A stretch of 64,000 nucleotides of DNA from NCBI RefSeq assembly GCF_032444005.1, contig NC_091283.1, positions 159,030,001 to 159,094,000 on the forward strand, read 5' to 3'. Of the stretch, positions 12,001 to 22,463 are shown in pieces. Position numbers and translations under genes: made by a program. Position 1 is the stretch's first letter, and every line of letters begins with the position of its first letter. Under the pieces are notes generated by a model. It saw only the letters and a program-made list of their open reading frames with translations, ran no database searches and was not told the DNA's origin. This DNA comes from Ranitomeya imitator. Taxonomy: Eukaryota.

Positions 12001-12594
12001 GTGCACAGCCCTGTATGTACGAGTGCTATTGTGCAAGAATATCGGATGTGTGCACAGCCCTGTAGGTACAAGTGCTATGGTACGAGAATTACAGATGTGT
12101 GCACAGCCCTGTAGGTACGAGTGCTATGGTACGAGAATATCGGACGTGTGCACAGCCCTGTAGGTACGAGTGCTATCGTACGAGAATATCGGATGTGTGC
12201 ACAGCCCTGTAGGTACGAGTGCTATGGTACGAGAATTACAGATGTGTGCACAGCCCTGTAGGTACGAGTGCTATGGTACGAGAATATCGGACGTGTGCAC
12301 AGCCCTGTAGGTACGAGTGCTATCGTACGAGAATATTGCACGTGTGTACTGCCCTGTATGTACGAGTGCTATTGTGCGAGAATATCGGATGTGTGCACTG
12401 CCCTTGTGCACTGCCCTTACGTACGAGTGCTATGGTATGAGAATATCGGATATGTGTACAGCCCTGTAGGTACGAGTGCTGTCGTATGAGAATATTGGAC
12501 GTGTGCACAGCCCTGTAGGTATGAGAATATTGGATGTGTGCACTGCCTTGTAGGTACGAGAATATCGGATGTCTGCACTGCCCTGTAGGTACAA
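9040..12594. repeat. 49-bp unit minisatellite/satellite, about 3.5 kb (roughly 70 units)
   Basis: Consensus TGTGCACAGCCCTGTAGGTACGAGTGCTATCGTACGAGAATATCGGATG. Period 49 checked at 9061 versus 9110. Bounded by MITE-like sequence (aaaaaatcggacatgtg on the left, gacatgtgaacaagcc-tta on the right). Confidence 0.95.
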
Positions 12595-14671
12595 GACATG
12601 TGAACAAGCCTTAGGAAGGGGTCACACTTGCGATTTCAATGCGAGAAACTCGCACAAGTCTCGGCACTGCCGCCTACACTCGGGAGTGGAGCGTTCAGCT
12701 GCATAGAAATACATGCAGCCGCATGTTCCGGTCTTGCATTACACTCGCAAGTGTGACCCCAGCCTTAAAGCCAAATTCAGACATTCATATGTCACAGTCC
12801 AGGTACTGATTGCTTTGAGCTGACCATGGGTCACCTGACCTGAAGCCTGTAGTCAGCCTGTGTTTCATTGGTGCCTGGATTTGGACGAATTAACAAAGTT
12901 TTGATTTGGGGGATTCTAGTATGAAATTATTTATCTGTAAATTCAATATACTTTGAACAGTGTATGACGACATTCTAAGTATTGGAAGTGGGTGGTGACA
13001 TCAACTGTAATGGAGTGGATGAAATAAATTTTATGAATGATGGTGACATTAATTGTACTGTGGGTTGGAGAGTTAATTGTGATATGTGTTAACACATCTA
13101 TTAAAACTATGAAGCTAGGTTAAAGGGGTGGCTGGTCCAAATTGATAATAATAATAATCTTTATTTTTATATAGCGCTAACATATTGCACGCAGAAGTTG
13201 CAGTTGGTAGGAATATAATCGTGTGCTGACAGCATGACCCTGCAGCGCTCTGACCGACTGTAACTATCTTACCCGCTATAACGTTACCACCGATCAGAAC
13301 CGCCAGTGTTTCTTGCACTGTCGTACAGATGACAGCAAGGGACACACCATAGCAAGTCCATAAAAACTCAGCAAGTTTTGACATTCTGCAAAAAAAAAAA
13401 GCACTGCAAATACTCAAGGGAAAATAACTGATCGTGTGTACAACACTTGAGGATTCTCATTGAATTAGCTGGCATAAGGATTCCCTAGCGGTTTTGGCCT
13501 GTTTCCATGCAGAAAAAGCACTGCAGAAACGCAACGTGTGCACACAGCCTTACACTGGCACCTTTCAGATGATTGTGTTTTATCTTCCTATACGACTGTA
13601 GGTGCCATAATAAATGGACTCAATTTATCTCGCCCTACTGACTTTCCAAGCAGTCATAACCCACTTTATATATACATTCAGTAGGGTGAGAATATTATGA
13701 GCTGCTATTACAGTCCGGCCTCCATCATTTATGAAGCGTACCTAACATTTGAAGTGCAGTAGCTCTAACTCCTTCTTGACTTATGACGTACCGGTACGTC
13801 TTGTGTCAGTACAGTTCTATAGAGCAACCTCAGGAGCTGAGCCAACTCCGCATAGTCGGCGCCTATCATTTCATTCATTGCTTTTTAATTATTTTAGATG
13901 ACCCAATCACTCAGACATTAAGGCCGGCATCACACTAGAGAGTTTTACGGATGTATGAGAGGCGCAAAAACTACGCATTGCACACGGACCAATGTTTCTC
14001 TATGGGGCAGCTCCTATCTGCCGTATATTTCTCAGCTGTATTTTACGGGCGTAGAAAATCTCAGCATGCTGCATTTGTCAGCGTATTGCACTAAAAATCT
14101 GACAATGAAAGTCTATGGGGGCGAGAAAAATACGGATTACACACGGACCATCAGTGTGACTTGCGAGAAATATGTACCGGTGTTCTATAGAAAAGCCGGC
14201 AATTCAGCGCGGTGTACAGTAAAATCACACAGACAGGTTAGAATAGAATAGCTAAGATAAATGTCTACACATAGTATAGGTGTGTGTATATATATATTTA
14301 ATACAGCGCTGGATAGCAGAAAAGCCGGTAATTCATTGCCGGCTTTTGCTATCTCCTTCCCAAACCCGACAAGATACGAGACATGGTTTACATACAGTAA
14401 ACCATCTCATATCCCTTCTTTTTTTGCATATTCCTCACTACTAATGTTAGGAGTGTATGTGTGCAAAATTTTGTGGCTCTAGCTGTTAAAATAAAGGGTT
14501 AAATCACGGAAAAAATTGGCGTTGGCTTCTGCGCAATTTTCTCCGCCAGAGTGGGTAAGCCAGTGACTGAGGGCAGATATTAATAGCCTAGAGAGGGACC
14601 ATGGATATTGGTCCCCCCTGGCTAAAAACATCTGCCCCCAGCCACCCCAGAAAAGGCACATCTGGAAGATG

Positions 14672-16076
14672 CATAGTTACATAGTTACGTAGTTACATAG
14701 TTATTAAGGTTGAAGGAAGACTTTAAGTCCATCTAGTTCAACCCATAGCCTAACCTAACTTGCCCTAACATGTTGATCCAGAGGAAGGCAAAAAAAACCC
14801 ATGTGGCAAAGAGTAAAGGTACCTTCACACTAAACGATATCGCTAGCGATCCGTGACGTTGCAGCGTCCTCGCTAGCGATATCGTTTAGTTTGACACGCA
14901 GCAGCGATCAGAATCCTGCTGTGATGTCGCTGGTCGGGGCTAGAGGGCCAGACCTTTCTTTGGTCGCTGGCTCTCCCGCTGTCATCGCTGAATCGGCGTG
15001 TGTGACACCGATTCAGCGATGTCTTCGCTGGTAACTAGGGTAAACATCGGGTTACTAAGCGCAGGGCCGCGCTTAGTAACCCGAAATTTACCCTGGATAC
15101 CATCCTAAAAGTTAAAAAAACAAACGCTTCATACTTACCTACCGCTGTCTGTCCCCGGCGCTGTGCTTTCCTGCACTCACTGTGAGCACAGCGGCCGGAA
15201 AGCAGAGCGGTGATGTCACCGCTCTGCTTTCCGGCCGCTGTGCTCACAGCCAGGGCAGAGAAGCAGAGCGCCGGGGACAGACAGCGGTAGGTAACTATGA
15301 AGCGTTTGTTTTTTTTACTTTTAGGATGGTATCCAGGGTAAACATCGGGTTACTAAGCGCGGCCCTGCGCTTAGTAACCCGATGTTTACCCTGGTTACCG
15401 GCATCGTTGGTCGCTGGAGAGTGGTCTGTGTGACAGCTCTCCAGCGACCAAACAGCGACGCTGCAGCGATCCGGATCGTTGTCTGGATCGCTGCAGCGTT
15501 GTTTAGTGTGAAGGTACCTTAAGCTCCACCTTGGGGAAAAAAATTCCTTCCCGACTCCACATACGGCAATCAGACTAGTTCCCTGGATCAACGCCCTATC
15601 AAGGAATCTAGTGTATATACCCTGTAACATTATACTTTTCCAGAAATGTATCCATTCCCCTCTTAAATTTAAGTAATGAATCACTCATTACAACATCATA
15701 CGGCAGAGAGTTCCATAGTCTCACTGCTCTTACAGTAAAGAATCCGCGTCTGTTATTATGCTTAAACCTTTTTTCCTCCAAACGTAGAGGATGCCCCCTT
15801 GTCCCTGTTTCAGGTCTATGATTAAAAAGATCATCAGAAAGGTCTTTGTACTGTCCCCTCATATATTTATACATTAACATAAGATCACCACTTAGTCTTC
15901 GTTTTTCCAAACTAAATAGCCCCAAGTGTAATAACCTATCTTGGTATTGCAGACCCCCCAGTCCTGTAATAACCTTGGTCGCTCTTCTCTGCACCCGCTC
16001 CAGTTCAGCTATATCTTTCTTGAGCGGGTGCAGAGAAGAGCGACCAAGGTTATTAGAGGACTGGGGGGTCTGCAAT
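14672..16076 (-). mobile_element. 5'-truncated CR1 LINE (ORF2 C-terminus, 3' UTR and (CTATGTAA)n tail)
   Basis: The minus-strand frame ELERVQRRATK...LFSLEKRRLSGDL...FFTVRAVRLWNSLP is the CR1 ORF2 C-terminus. The tail appears on the + strand as catagttacatagttac at 14672. Confidence 0.92.
14817..15519. mobile_element. Palindromic non-autonomous DNA transposon (703 bp) inserted in the CR1 3' UTR
   Basis: TIR AGGTACCTTCACACTAAAC at both ends. TAA TSD at 14814-14816 and 15520-15522. The body is largely an inverted repeat centred near 15214. Confidence 0.88.
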
Positions 16077-16349
16077 CTCTTCAGGCATCTCTTCAGGCAC
16101 GTAGCCTCTCTCTTCCCACTCATGTGTAGCGGTGGGATATGGGGCAATAAAGGGTTAATGTCACCTTGCTATTTTAAGGTGACATTAAGCCTGGTTAATA
16201 ATGGAGAGGTGTCAATAAGACCCCTATCCATTATTAATCCAATGTTAATAAAGGGTTAAAAAAACACACACATTTGGAAAAAAGTATTTTAATGAAATAA
16301 ATACACATGGTGTTGTAATATCTTTATAATACGCTCAATCCAAAAGAAA

Positions 16350-16930
16350 CCCTCTATCCAAATGTCAAAAAAAAAAACCAGGGAAGGAAAAAAGAACTAG
16401 AATAAACACCAAAAAAAGGAATAACCAATCCCAAGATGGGTTAAAAATACATTTTTATTAAACAATTTCATAAATACATAGTAATGATCATATAAATAAT
16501 CCAATAGATATAACACAAAAGGGAATCCATAAAAACAGGAACAGGAATAAAGGTGGGACACCTGGAAATAGCAAAGCAATATGCAAACAACACCACAATA
16601 GTGAGATAAATTATCTGCTTCCAAAGGGATATAGTGTGTCTATATATAACATATCAATATAATTATAAATAAGGTGCATGTGCCATAAGTATAATAGAAC
16701 AAGAAATTAAGACAAAATACCCCCAAATATCCCTTTAGATAGCAGAGACAGACACCAGTGAAACACAATGTCACATGATTCAGACCAAAGGTCCTATAGA
16801 TGTTGTCAAAACGCAAGTAATACATGACAAAGAGTCAAATAAAGCAATGCATATTTACCTCAAAATATAGGTATCCAGGTGCCCACCACACCCGACGCAC
16901 GTTTCGCTCTGGGAGCTTCGTCCAAGGGAA
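16350..16930 (-). mobile_element. Penelope-like element terminal-repeat remnant
   Basis: AT-rich tail plus a GCGAAACGTGCGTC motif in a hammerhead-like arrangement, typical of Penelope-like terminal repeats. No RT or GIY-YIG coding sequence seen. Confidence 0.55.
16891..16928 (-). ncRNA. Degenerate minimal type I hammerhead ribozyme motif
   Basis: Minus strand CCC-TTGGACGA-A-GCTC-CCA-GAGC-GAAAC-GTGC-GTC-GGG. Helix I is CCC/GGG, helix II is GCTC/GAGC, followed by GAAA, a short helix III and a GUC cleavage triplet. The CUGANGA box is mutated. Confidence 0.55.
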
Positions 16931-16934
16931 ACGT

Positions 16935-17092
16935 GGAATTTAAGTCCGCAAGGACAGGGTCCTCTCCCCTCTGCACCAGTCTGTCATTGTAAATTTGTTT
17001 ACTGTAAACGTTATCTATAACCTTGTACGTAACCCCTTTTCTCATGTACAGCACCATGGAATTAATGGTGCCATATAAATAAATAATAATAA
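16935..17092 (+). mobile_element. L2-type 3' tail fragment
   Basis: cagggtcctctccc...catgtacagcaccatggaattaatggtgccatataaataaataataataat resembles the 3' end of the L2 at 25730-25875. Confidence 0.75.
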
Positions 17093-17100
17093 TTCCCTTA

Positions 17101-17456
17101 GGCTAGGTTCACATTGCGTTAATGGGTGTCCGCTAGCGGACTCCGTTACATGGCGCAATTGTTGCAATTAACGCTATGTAACGGATCAGTTAGCGCACCC
17201 ATTGACTGCAATGTGCTAACGGATCCCTAACGCATTGAAAACGCATGTCATTTTTGGCATGCGTCTGCGATGTGCCGTTAGTTTCGGACGTACATCGAAC
17301 GCTGCTTGCAGCGTTCAGGGTCCGTTCCTCGCTAGCGCAGTTCGGGCATCTGCGCTAGCGGGATTGCCGAACGCAATCCCTTTTTGGACATTGTGTTAGC
17401 GCAATCCATTAGCGTATCCACTAAACGGATTGCACTAACGCAATGTGAACCTAGCC
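17101..17456. mobile_element. Palindromic Harbinger-type MITE
   Basis: TIR GGCTAGGTTCACATTGCGTTA at both ends. TTA TSD at 17098-17100 and 17457-17459. Confidence 0.85.
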
Positions 17457-18592
17457 TTAGTGTTGAGGAAGATTCGGGAGGACAGAGCGAGGGTGATTGT
17501 AATAGCCCCCTTTTGGCCAAAGACGGCATGGTTTCCGTGGCTGAGAATAATGTCCATAACAGACCCATGTGTTCTCACCGACATTCCGAACCTACTGTCT
17601 CAGGGGCCGGTAATTCGTCTGCAAATAGAAAACTTGCATATGACGGCCTGGAATTTGAAAGGAAGCTTCTGATTAAGAGGGGGTTCTCTTCAAACCTAGT
17701 CTCTACTCTTATTCTAAGTAGGAAACCTGTGACTACCAGAGCATATGGGAAAGTCTGGAGGAGATTCTTGTCAGTCTCGGGTGCCAGTCTAGCAGGGAAG
17801 ATTCCAATCAAAAAAAATTCTGGAGTTCCTTCAGAAGGGGCTGGAAAAGGGATCAGCAAAAAGCACACTTAAAGTCCAAGTTGCAGCTCTTTACAACTGC
17901 GACATAGCCAGGAATCGCTGGGTGGCAAGATTTATTAGGGCCTCAAGTAGATCTAGGCCCATTTTCCATCACACTATTCCTCCCTGGGATTTAAACTTAG
18001 TACTCTCTGCTTTAACCAAAACGCCCTTTGAACTACTGTCATGCCTCATAAAAATCATATCTCTCTACAGTACTAGTTGCTCTAACATCAGCTCATAGAA
18101 TTAGTGATATACAGGCTTTATCAGCGTACCCGCCTCTAACCCAGATACTGGATGATTGAGTTGTCCTTAAGACCGACCCAACCTATCTTCCGAAAGTTGC
18201 ATCACAATTCCACAGGTCACAAGAAATCTCCCTGCCCTCATTCTGTCCCAACCCTAGAAATGGAAAAGAGGAACTCCCACACACGTTAGACATTAAAAGA
18301 TGCCTGGTCTAGTGTCTGATAGCCATGAGGGAGTGTAGGAAGGATAGGTCTCTTTTTGTGTGCTTCCAGGGTCCAAAAAAAGGACAGAAAGCATCAAAGG
18401 CCCCACTGGCAAGATGGATAAGAGGCACTATTATCCTTTCATATTCCTTGTGTAACGCAGCCGTGCCAGAAGGGGTCAGAGCCCATTTGACCAGATCTGT
18501 GGCGACCTCCTTGGCAGAGAGAGCCGGAGCAGATATGTAGAGCAGCTACTTGTTGTTCCCCCTCTACATTCTTTAACCATTAGCGGCTAGAT

Positions 18593-20132
18593 TATTATCA
18601 TTATTATTATCATTATCATTATTTCTTATTTTTAGTGACTCTATAGCGACAGGGTCTGTTCCGCAGGACTGGCGCATAGCAAATGTGGTGCCAATATTCA
18701 AAAAGGGCTCTAAAAGTGAACCTGGAAATTATAGGCCAGTAAGTCTAACCTCTATTGTTGGTAAAATATTTGAAGGGTTTCTGAGGGATGTTATTCTGGA
18801 TTATCTCAATGAGAATAACTGTTTAACTCCATATCAGCATGGGTTTATGAGAAATCGCTCCTGTCAAACCAATCTAATCAGTTTTTATGAAGAGGTAAGC
18901 TATAGACTGGACCACGGTGAGTCATTGGACGTGGTATATCTCGATTTTTCCAAAGCGTTTGATACCGTGCCGCACAAGAGGTTGGTACACAAAATGAGAA
19001 TGCTTGGTCTGGGGGAAAATGTGTGTAAATGGGTTAGTAACTGGCTTAGTGATAGAAAGCAGAGGGTGGTTATAAATGGTATAGTCTCTAACTGGGTCGC
19101 TGTGACCAGTGGGGTACCGCAGGGGTCAGTATTGGGACCTGTTCTCTTCAACATATTCATTAATGATCTGGTAGAAGGTTTACACAGGAAAATATCGATA
19201 TTTGCAGATGATACAAAACTATGTAAAGCAGTTAATACAAGAGAAGATAGTATTCTGCTACAGATGGATCTGGATAAGTTGGAAACTTGGGCTGAAAGGT
19301 GGCAGATGAGGTTTAACAATGATAAATGTAAGGTTATACACATGGGAAGAGGGAATCAATATCACCATTACACACTGAACGGGAAACCACTGGGTAAATC
19401 TGACAGGGAGAAGGACTTGGGGATCCTAGTTAATGATAAACTTACCTGGAGCAGCCAGTGCCAGGCAGCAGCTGCCAAGGCAAACAGGATCATGGGGTGC
19501 ATTAAAAGAGGTCTGGATACACATGATGAGAGCATTATACTGCCTCTGTACAAATCCCTAGTTAGACCGCACATGGAGTACTGTGTCCAGTTTTGGGCAC
19601 CGGTGCTCAGGAAGGATATAATGGAACTAGAGAGAGTACAAAGGAGGGCAACAAAATTAATAAAGGGGATGGGAGAACTACAATACCCAGATAGATTAGC
19701 GAAATTAGGATTATTTAGTCTAGAAAAAAGACGACTGAGGGGCGATCTAATAACCATGTATAAGTATATAAGGGGACAATACAAATATCTCGCTGAGGAT
19801 ATGTTTATACCAAGGAAGGTGACGGGCACAAGGGGGCATTCTTTGCGTCTGGAGGAGAGAAGGTTTTTCCACCAACATAGAAGAGGATTCTTTACTGTTA
19901 GGGCAGTGAGAATCTGGAATTGCTTGCCTGAGGAGGTGGTGATGGCGAACTCAGTCGAGGGGTTCAAGAGAGGCCTGGATGTCTTCCTGGAGCAGAACAA
20001 TATTGTATCATACAATTATTAGGTTCTGTAGAAGGACGTAGATCTGGGTATTTATTATGATGGAATATAGGCTGAACTGGATGGACAAATGTCTTTTTTC
20101 GGCCTTACTAACTATGTTACTATGTTACTATG
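18593..20132 (+). mobile_element. 5'-truncated CR1 LINE inserted in the DIRS YR gene
   Basis: TSD (T)AGAT at 18588-18592 and 20133-20137. (CTATGTTA)n tail. RT frame uninterrupted. Confidence 0.93.
18685..20022 (+). CDS. CR1 ORF2 fragment (reverse transcriptase domain plus C-terminus); open but 5'-truncated
   Basis: Motifs [35 protein letters not shown] and FADDTK in 445 uninterrupted codons. The APE domain is missing. Confidence 0.9.
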   Translation: MVPIFKKGSKSEPGNYRPVSLTSIVGKIFEGFLRDVILDYLNENNCLTPYQHGFMRNRSCQTNLISFYEEVSYRLDHGESLDVVYLDFSKAFDTVPHKRLVHKMRMLGLGENVCKWVSNWLSDRKQRVVINGIVSNWVAVTSGVPQGSVLGPVLFNIFINDLVEGLHRKISIFADDTKLCKAVNTREDSILLQMDLDKLETWAERWQMRFNNDKCKVIHMGRGNQYHHYTLNGKPLGKSDREKDLGILVNDKLTWSSQCQAAAAKANRIMGCIKRGLDTHDESIILPLYKSLVRPHMEYCVQFWAPVLRKDIMELERVQRRATKLIKGMGELQYPDRLAKLGLFSLEKRRLRGDLITMYKYIRGQYKYLAEDMFIPRKVTGTRGHSLRLEERRFFHQHRRGFFTVRAVRIWNCLPEEVVMANSVEGFKRGLDVFLEQNNIVSYNY

Positions 20133-20579
20133 TAGATCTGACTTCTTCAGACCTTGCCTTTGGGAGAAGGGTTCTGGAGGCTGTGGTTCCCCCTAAATAT
20201 ACAATCTATGTAATTCTCTCCGAGGTGCTGTCATGGGGGAAAGAGAAAATCGTAGTTACTTACCGATAACGGTATTTCTCTGATCCCATGACGACACCCG
20301 TACATTCCCTCCCTTCACGTGTGGGTGTGCACAATAGATTCAGTTATTAGTAATTTGTCACGCGGTGCCTCTGTTAAGCTTGAATTAAATATTTTGTTTG
20401 GTATAACCATTTGAGTTGCAGCTGAAGTTCTGTTTAATGCTCTGTATACCAACTGATGTGGGAGAGAGGTACCGCCTTTTTTACCTGTAGGTTTCCTGTC
20501 CCTGAGGGCGGATCCCTCTCTCCGTGGTGCCGTCATGAGATCAGAGAAATACAGTTATCGGTAAGTAACTACGATTTTT

Positions 20580-20730
20580 GGAGTGTGGGAGGAAACCGGA
20601 GTGCCCTGAGGAAACCCACGCAAACACGGGGAGAACATACGAACTCCTTGTAGAATATATGTTGTCCTTGGTGGGATTTGAACCCAGAACTCCAGCACTG
20701 CAATGCTAACCACTGAGCCACCGTGCTGCC
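20580..20730 (-). mobile_element. tRNA-derived SINE (V-SINE-like)
   Basis: The minus strand begins GGCAGCACGGTGGCTCAGTGG (A box), has GGTTCAAATCC (B box, 20684-20674), then the V-domain-like ATGTTCTCCCCGTGTTTGCGTGGGTTTCCTC...CCGGTTTCCTCCCACA. Confidence 0.85.
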
Positions 20731-21260
20731 CGATAAGTCTGCAGTCCACTCTGTGTGTCTGCAAACTTATGAATTCCCAGAGCTCATACTGTGCGCTGCG
20801 GGGATTCGTTGGTTTCAGACCCAGGCCTGGTGTGTATGTATGAGTTATACATATTCCCAGCTAGAGCCTGTCTAGTGGGTGTGCGCTCCCTCCATACACT
20901 TGTATTGAGCAAGGCTGCACCCCGCCTAGTGATGTGAGCTTCCAGTGGGCTCCCGTCTAGTGATGTGGGTGCCCGTCTAGTGAAGTGGGATTCCAGTGAG
21001 CGCCCTTCTAGTGATGTGGACTTTTAGTGGGAGCCTGTCTAGTGATGTGGGCACCCGTCTAGTGTTGTGGGCGCCTGTCTAGTGATTTGAGCTTCCAGTG
21101 AGCGCCCTTCTAGTGATGTGGTCTTCCAGTGTCCGACTAGAGGGTGTGGCCTCACTCCACTGACTTAGAAACTGGCAAATTCCCCACAGCGCACAGTGCG
21201 AGCTCTGGGGGGGGGATTCATAAGCCTGCAGACACACAGAGTGACAGCAGACTTATCGAT
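20730..21260. repeat. Inverted-repeat element with internal CTAGTGATGTGG sub-repeats; an inverted partial copy lies at 21441-21537 plus 25876-25940
   Basis: 20730-20800 is the reverse complement of 21180-21260. 20940-21130 is the reverse complement of the sequence on both sides of the L2 insertion. Confidence 0.75.
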
Positions 21261-21556
21261 TTGGACCAGACTACCCCTTTAATTATATAGTGGATAGCAG
21301 CACAGAATGAGCAATAACGCCATTAATTAATAATCCTCACAGGCTGAGGACCACTGATGTATGACTCTCACATACCATGTACACCGCCTTCAAATATATC
21401 ATACATATAAAATATTCCCACCATATGCAGTTATATAACACTGGAAGACCACATCACTAGACGGGCGCCCACATCACTAGACGGGCGCCCACATCACTAG
21501 ACAGGCGCCCACTAAAAGTCCACAACACTAGAAGGGCTGTTCTCCTCTTCCCACAG

Positions 21557-22080
21557 GTATGCACTGACTTTACCCAGCTCTCCCTGGCTCCAGAATATCT
21601 CTGTATACTGCATTGATTTTCCATGGTATGCACTGACTTTACCCAGCTCTCCCTGGCTCCAGAATATCTCTGTATACTGCATTGATTTTCCATGGTATGC
21701 ACTGACTTTACCCAGCTCCAGAATATCTCTGTATACTGCATTGATTTTCCATGGTATGCACTGACTTTACCCAGCTCTCCCTGGCTCCAGAATATCTCTG
21801 TATACTGCATTGATTTTCCATGGTATGCACTGACTTTACCCAGCTCTCCCTGGCTCCAGAATATCTCTGTATACTGCATTGATTTTCCATGGTATGCACT
21901 GACTTTACCCAGCTCCAGAATATCTCTGTATACTGCATTGATTTTCCATGGTATGCACTGACTTTACCCAGCTCTCCCTGGCTCCAGAATATCTCTGTAT
22001 ACTGCATTGATTTTCCATGGTATGCACTGACTTTACCCAGCTCTCCCTGGCTTCTGAATGTCTCTGTATATTGCACTGGC
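21557..22080 (+). repeat. 69/59-bp tandem monomers in the L2 5' region
   Basis: Unit starts at 21557, 21626, 21695, 21754, 21823, 21892, 21951 and 22020, giving the pattern 69,69,59,69,69,59,69,partial. Confidence 0.95.
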
Positions 22081-22463
22081 TTTTCTATGCTTCCCCTGGA
22101 TCTGAGTGTCTTGGTGCAGCACATATAATCCTTTTAGTATGCTTTCTCACCTATGAGCTTGTTTCCACGACCTGTTTTCATGTCTCTCATTGTGTGATCC
22201 TGGCATCTCTTTGAGTGGTCAGTCTTACCCCTCCCTCACTTTATGACCTTTGCTTAACTCTCTACATCTGGTCTCCCATACCCAGCCACCCCCTCATTCA
22301 CACCTGATTGCCCTTAACTGGGGATATATTCACATGCAGGAGTCTGCTATAGACTCAGTCTGCTGCAAATCATCTTTTAAATTACATCTTTTTAATTATG
22401 ATTCTGAATTAGACTGAATTGGACTGGAATTGACTGGAAGGTAACAGAACACCGACCACTACA

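Larger units (their letters stand above)
13922..16340. mobile_element. Non-autonomous Harbinger-type element related to 5822-7064; interrupted by a CR1 and truncated on the right
   Basis: TAA followed by GGCCGGCATCACACT at 13922. Internal blocks match 6130-6760. The host sequence stops at tctggaagatg (14671) and resumes at about 16105. Confidence 0.8.
17460..20578 (+). mobile_element. DIRS1-type tyrosine-recombinase retrotransposon, degenerate 3' half, interrupted by a CR1
   Basis: LRKIREDRARVIVIAPFWPK (DIRS pol C-terminal region) is followed by frameshifted YR pieces (AHLTRSVATSLAERAG; SSDLAFGRRVLEAVVPP*). A 48-bp inverted pair at 20246-20293 / 20531-20578 fits the internal complementary region and right terminus. 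Confidence 0.85.

Noticed and set aside
9040-12594. Many Cys/Tyr-rich ORFs resembling zinc fingers
   Set aside because: They are translations of the 49-bp satellite in shifting frames, with no C2H2 spacing or linkers.
20674-20730. tRNA gene
   Set aside because: A and B boxes are present, but they continue into a SINE body and no full cloverleaf is evident.
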